Shown here in pieces: positions 60,613 through 64,000 of a DNA stretch of 64,000 nucleotides. The notes under the pieces were generated by a model. It was not told the origin of the DNA, searched no databases, and saw nothing but the letters and a program-made list of their open reading frames with translations. The stretch comes from a virus. The translations under genes and the position numbers were made by a program. The DNA lies in IMG/VR virus record IMGVR_UViG_3300009152_000041, positions 1,901 through 65,900 of that record. One strand, given 5' to 3'. Position 1 is the first letter of the stretch; each line of letters opens with the position of its first letter.

Positions 60613-60985
60613 TTAATTTTTACTTTCTCTAGTCGCACCTGCAACCCAGTAAACTACTTTTCCGCCTCTACCTCTTACCGGAGCAGAAAAGTCTACTAAA
60701 AAAATTTGTTGACCGCCTGAATAGTCTTCATATATTCTATCACCAGATTTAATACTTGCCGTATCTTGAAAATAATATACTACCTCAGAGCTAACTGTTA
60801 AGCCTTGTATGTTTTCTTCTAATATATTAGCAAATCCGTTGAGCCCCCGGATACACAGCTCTTACGGTGTATCTTTGCATCTTTTTGCTATAGGTCATAG
60901 TTTTCTGATCTAATACTTTTTGAACTAATACATTGTGACCCCAACTACGCAGTATATTGCTTAATGTGCGTTTTGGATCAATCAT
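60613..60985 (-). CDS. small neck/tail-completion-like protein, about 123 aa; +1 shift at CGG 60836-60838
   Basis: Not in the track (both halves are under 60 aa). The ATG at 60983-60985 overlaps the upstream stop. The 0 frame reads ...GCT CAA CGG ATT TGC TAA. The +1 frame reads TTT GCT AAT ATA TTA GAA... up to a TAA abutting the 60612 ATG. 373 nt minus 1 equals 3 x 124. This fills an otherwise empty 365-nt gap. Confidence 0.55.
60835..60838 (-). other. recoding site: in-frame CGG(A) at the 0 -> +1 frame transition
   Basis: CGG is codon 50. The 0-frame TAA lies 2 codons downstream. Confidence 0.55.
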
Positions 60986-61868
60986 ACTTCCTTATTCCTC
61001 TTTCTGGAATTGGATTCTGGTCTGGCGACTGGATATGAGTTGGTCCATATAGGTCTCTTGGAGTGTAGTAAACTGACAATCCAGTATATGGATCCATAGT
61101 TCTTCCGGCTCCAATTGTTGGAAGACTTGGTAAACCCTTTGGTTGAACTGCTTTCATTCCAACTTTTGATGTTAACATTTCTTTTCTAAGCATTGCTGCA
61201 ATTTGACACCAAGTGGTAGCGTTAGCTCTACTTAAAGTGTTTCTAGGTAAGTTTTTGTTGGTTATTGAAAGATCGCCAAGCCTTACCGAAAGCTCATCGT
61301 CTCCACCGTTTCCATAAACCCTTGTTAACTCACAACAGGTGGCTGCTCTTATGTATTCAAATGCCGTAAATGGAATGGCTGTTCCGTCTTCAGTCTCTAG
61401 TAATTTAAATATATTTTTTATCTCTATAGAATAATTGTGTATGAACTCACCTATTTCAAGAAGGGAAGCGTCAGGGAAGTAGGGGAGAAGTTGCTCCGGA
61501 TCAAGATACAATGGCTCTATATCCGCTGCAAAAGCTATTATTTCATCCTCTCTCAAGAAGACTGTTGGCCTATAGTCCTCTGTTGGAGTACTTACATATA
61601 TCTGTTGATTAACGCTAATCGTAGTATTGTTTGCTAGAATTCCATTAAAGGAAACCTTATATGTACCAGCTGTTAATGGAGTGTAGTCGTAGTAGAATTC
61701 AGAACCACTAAGCGACGTAGGGGTAACTGATATTATTAACACATTACTTGAATTTGTTATACCCATAGAAACTGATACGGGAGAAACCTCTACTTGATTA
61801 CCATTAGCATCTACGTCAATAAACTTAACCTTTAGACGCACAGTATCATTGACTAGTATATTTGCCAT
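60978..61868 (-). CDS. virion structural protein (296 aa) with an Ig-like N-terminal segment; possible head-tail connector component
   Basis: Intact ORF with AGAGGGA SD. The beta-rich N-terminus resembles Ig-like decoration domains. Function inferred from position. Confidence 0.4.
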   Translation of the reverse strand: MANILVNDTVRLKVKFIDVDANGNQVEVSPVSVSMGITNSSNVLIISVTPTSLSGSEFYYDYTPLTAGTYKVSFNGILANNTTISVNQQIYVSTPTEDYRPTVFLREDEIIAFAADIEPLYLDPEQLLPYFPDASLLEIGEFIHNYSIEIKNIFKLLETEDGTAIPFTAFEYIRAATCCELTRVYGNGGDDELSVRLGDLSITNKNLPRNTLSRANATTWCQIAAMLRKEMLTSKVGMKAVQPKGLPSLPTIGAGRTMDPYTGLSVYYTPRDLYGPTHIQSPDQNPIPERGIRKYD

Positions 61869-61893
61869 TTTTCCCTCTTTAAAAAGTAGATAT

Positions 61894-61903
61894 TTATATA
61901 GTA
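61894..61903 (-). promoter_or_regulatory. candidate late-promoter box TACTATATAA
   Basis: Intergenic, 25 nt upstream of the 61868 ATG. Followed by CTACTTTTTAAAGAGGG, nearly identical to the leader at 62303-62325. Confidence 0.35.
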
Positions 61904-61927
61904 GTACTTTAAATTGTGTTGGTGAGG

Positions 61928-62302
61928 TTATTCACTCTGATTCTGAACACTAACAAGTGTGCCAGAGTTTATATTTGTTTCACTTGCCTGGATAATCCCA
62001 GCGCCTTCTTTTTCGGCAATTTCTATTGTAATAAGAGAGCCAGAATGTATAGTTATTTCGCTAGCTTGAATAAGCGCAGCGCCTTCCTTCTGGAGGGCCT
62101 GTATCGTGATTATACCGTTTGGAGCTAGATCTATACTTACAACGCCTATTGCGGTAGCTACCGAATAGTCTTCTTTTCCACCAAAGTTAACTTTTATATC
62201 ATTTAAAATGACAGGATTTGATATTCCCTCTATTATTAATACAACGGTTCCATTATATTGAATACCAGATTGGTTATAGTCAATAATGTCATTATATAAC
62301 AT
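61928..62302 (-). CDS. hypothetical protein (124 aa) with a 26-aa tandem repeat
   Basis: Intact ORF with AAAGGA SD. Confidence 0.5.
   Translation of the reverse strand: MLYNDIIDYNQSGIQYNGTVVLIIEGISNPVILNDIKVNFGGKEDYSVATAIGVVSIDLAPNGIITIQALQKEGAALIQASEITIHSGSLITIEIAEKEGAGIIQASETNINSGTLVSVQNQSE
61955..62110 (-). repeat. protein-level tandem duplication (2 x 26 aa)
   Basis: ITIQALQKEGAALIQASEITIHSGSL versus ITIEIAEKEGAGIIQASETNINSGTL (16/26 identical). Confidence 0.6.
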
Positions 62303-62325
62303 AAATGTCCTTTAAAAAGTATTAA

Positions 62326-62335
62326 CTATATAGTA
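62326..62335 (-). promoter_or_regulatory. candidate late-promoter box TACTATATAG
   Basis: Intergenic, 23 nt upstream of the 62302 ATG. Followed by ATACTTTTTAAAGGAC. Confidence 0.35.
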
Positions 62336-62354
62336 ATGATATAAAGTTAAATTA

Positions 62355-63032
62355 TTATTCGTAATAAAACTTGTTAGCCTTTAAGGCTATTGGGGGACTA
62401 TCCCTGTGCCAAACGTTGATAACCACAACCCTTCTCACCCCGGAAATTGGCGGGGTTGTATTGTGTATAACGTGACCAGCATCGAAAATAATTAACCTAT
62501 TTGGCATACAGGCTATTCTTTCTCTGAGTTCAATTGGAACAACTAGTGTATCCATATTTTCTCTCTCAAGGGCGTCTGGAGTGTCTTCTGATACAGCTTT
62601 AGGGTGAAGCTCTAAGAAGCCACCAACAACATCATTTGTTTCCGGATAGTACACACATCCAATTTTTGGCCCTCTGAAGATTTTGGTATCTGCGTATAGA
62701 AAAGTATCCTCATCTACGTGAACATCTAAGAATTGTCCTGGCTTGAAAGTCCTAGTCCAATACTCAAATCCACACAATTCCTCAATTGGAAAAGGAAGAT
62801 TATTTTCCCAAATTTCTTTAATTAATCTTTTCCTTGGTGTATTTGCCTCAGACTTATGCCAGCCATCCCAAAACATATACGGGGCAAAGCAGTCGCACAG
62901 CTCATCATGATATCCGTTTAAAACTGTTGCGATGCGCTCTTCATCGCCCATTGATTCTGGGAAGAAGTCTTTAGTATATTTAATTTCATCCAATAATATT
63001 GGATCTTTTATAAAATCATCTAAAATAATCAT
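62355..63032 (-). CDS. 2OG-Fe(II) oxygenase superfamily protein (225 aa)
   Basis: HVDED (HxD), distal HVIHNTTP and RRVVVINVW occur in the order and spacing expected for the facial triad plus the 2OG-binding Arg. Confidence 0.55.
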   Translation of the reverse strand: MIILDDFIKDPILLDEIKYTKDFFPESMGDEERIATVLNGYHDELCDCFAPYMFWDGWHKSEANTPRKRLIKEIWENNLPFPIEELCGFEYWTRTFKPGQFLDVHVDEDTFLYADTKIFRGPKIGCVYYPETNDVVGGFLELHPKAVSEDTPDALERENMDTLVVPIELRERIACMPNRLIIFDAGHVIHNTTPPISGVRRVVVINVWHRDSPPIALKANKFYYE

Positions 63033-63035
63033 AAT

Positions 63036-63045
63036 TTATATAGTA
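63036..63045 (-). promoter_or_regulatory. TACTATATAA box (same motif, but only 3 nt from the ATG)
   Basis: Fills the 13-nt gap between the 63046 stop and the 63032 ATG. Too close for a normal leader, so its function here is doubtful. Confidence 0.2.
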
Positions 63046-63750
63046 CTACAGTTTGACCGCATATGTAACAGCAGCACCTGTTGGATTATGGTAAACGCAG
63101 GAATTCTCTATATTTTTAAGATACTCGTGAACTTCGTAAAAATCCGTAAAAACAGACTCATCTTTATATAGAGAATCAGTTCCAGTATAGAGCATCATTA
63201 TGGTGCCATTTTTGTTTAGCATGTTATAAAATTTAACTACTAATTCAGGATCATGTAAAACGTCATGTATGCTCATGCAGATAAAATCATAGGTCCCGGC
63301 ATTACTTGACTCTATATCTTGCATTGAAATGGTATTATAATCCCAATCTTCATTATCTTTTTTTATTATTCTTTCAAATAGATTTAATTGATAATTATTA
63401 AGGAGTGTTAGCTTTGATCTTTTTTGCATTAATCTAACTAGTCCTGTATTAAATGCTGGGAGGGTCATTAAAGATGTTTTAGGATTAGCGGTTAAGAACC
63501 CAAACTCATGAGTGTTAGCCGCATAGTAGTATGCTTGATTAGTGTTCCAGAAATGAGTTTCTTGACTAAACACATCAAAATACCAAATTAAGAAATCCAT
63601 CCCTGCAGCTATTTTTCTTTTATCTAAAGATAAAGTATCTAAATAGTTTTTAACATTTTTACTTTTTTTTATTGATTCATCAATAGATTCCACATCTACA
63701 TACTTAATTAAGTTAACTAAATTATCGAAATAATCTTTTTCATACATCAT
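63046..63750 (-). CDS. hypothetical protein, weakly class-I methyltransferase-like (234 aa)
   Basis: Intact ORF with GGGGG SD. YDFICMSIHDVLHDPELVVKFYNMLNKNGTIMMLYTG resembles MTase motifs II-III, but no clear GxGxG motif I is present. Confidence 0.3.
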   Translation of the reverse strand: MMYEKDYFDNLVNLIKYVDVESIDESIKKSKNVKNYLDTLSLDKRKIAAGMDFLIWYFDVFSQETHFWNTNQAYYYAANTHEFGFLTANPKTSLMTLPAFNTGLVRLMQKRSKLTLLNNYQLNLFERIIKKDNEDWDYNTISMQDIESSNAGTYDFICMSIHDVLHDPELVVKFYNMLNKNGTIMMLYTGTDSLYKDESVFTDFYEVHEYLKNIENSCVYHNPTGAAVTYAVKL

Positions 63751-64000
63751 ATTTGATTGCCCCCATTGCTATCTGACGCATGTGCCATAATCTTCTTATG
63801 TTTCCTATTAATGAGATTCTTTGATTTTTTAAATATAAATAAGAAAGATCTTGACCTAAATTTAATTTACCAGATTCAACATCATCTATTGGAGCCAAGG
63901 TTATAGATCTAGTAGCAGCTATGATTTCATCTATATTATAAGAATCTATTTTAGCGCCGTCAAAACCAATGCAGTAGAGATAAAAGATAATCTGCCTATC
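63740..64000 (-). CDS. C-terminal fragment of a hypothetical protein (5' end beyond the right edge)
   Basis: Open frame from the edge (...DRQIIFYLYCIGFDGAKIDS...RRLWHMRQIAMGAIKYDV*). The stop at 63740-63742 overlaps the next gene's start by 11 nt. Confidence 0.5.
   Translation of the reverse strand, partial: DRQIIFYLYCIGFDGAKIDSYNIDEIIAATRSITLAPIDDVESGKLNLGQDLSYLYLKNQRISLIGNIRRLWHMRQIAMGAIKYDV

Noticed and set aside
60844-60848. G5 homopolymer (CCGGGGGCT) as the frameshift or sequencing-error site in the small neck-like gene.
   Set aside because: A shift there is compatible with the frames. However, no other junction contains a homopolymer, whereas all ten contain an in-frame CGG (here 11 nt downstream). 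The CGG explanation is uniform across sites.
7129-60985. Random sequencing or assembly indels as the cause of the split genes.
   Set aside because: All ten events need the same correction (skip 1 nt) at the same in-frame codon. About 260 out-of-frame CGGs cause no disruption. Random or motif-driven base-calling errors should be frame-blind and of mixed sign. I still list re-sequencing as a required control.
7129-60985. Stop-codon reassignment (code 4, code 15 or similar), as seen in some large phages.
   Set aside because: The interruptions change reading frame rather than continuing in frame through a stop. TAA, TAG and TGA all function as terminators at tightly coupled gene junctions, for example the ATGA overlaps.
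101-62128. All plus-strand ORFs in the track (60-188 aa, including 45046-45612, 25027-25335, 33432-33716 and 61916-62128).
   Set aside because: Each lies antisense inside a long, well-supported minus-strand gene. None has a convincing SD or start context. Their composition looks like antisense shadow (Leu/Ser/Pro-rich or low complexity). None is needed to explain any gap.
1-64000. tRNA genes, CRISPR arrays, transposases or integrases.
   Set aside because: Intergenic space is minimal, with the largest true gaps at about 170 and about 100 nt. I saw no cloverleaf-like or repeat-spacer structure and no ORF with recombinase motifs.

Overview
AT-rich window, coded almost wall-to-wall on the minus strand (about 35 genes). 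The plus-strand ORFs in the track look like antisense shadows. The content reads as the late structural module of a contractile-tailed phage. In transcription order (right to left) it holds: small accessory genes (methyltransferase-like, 2OG-Fe(II) oxygenase-like), neck-like proteins, two tail-sheath paralogues and three tail-tube paralogues. Next come two chaperone-like paralogues and a block of about 8,200 aa of giant Gly/Ala-zipper and TM-containing proteins (about 2260, 1972, 155 and 3798 aa). A three-domain virion peptidoglycan hydrolase follows, then a baseplate core (gpV-like, gp25/gpW-like, gpJ-like) with an embedded metallophosphoesterase. The module ends with a run of very large fibre-like proteins, a holin-like gene, a terminator, one hypothetical gene and the start of an RNR-like gene. 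No tRNA, rRNA, CRISPR array or mobile element was seen. Main finding: by manual scan, each of the ten in-frame CGG codons sits exactly where the long open frame switches from 0 to +1. Nine sites are CGG-A and one is CGG-T. No CGG occurs as an ordinary sense codon in about 20,000 codons, although about 270 CGG trinucleotides lie out of frame on the coding strand. Skipping one base at each site fuses 18 track ORFs or unlisted fragments into eight clean genes. Each fused length is divisible by 3 after the skip, and each fused gene starts at an SD-preceded or overlap-coupled ATG. This suggests codon-specific +1 recoding, either quadruplet CGGN decoding or hungry-codon +1 shifting onto GGN. All counts are manual and no database search was possible.
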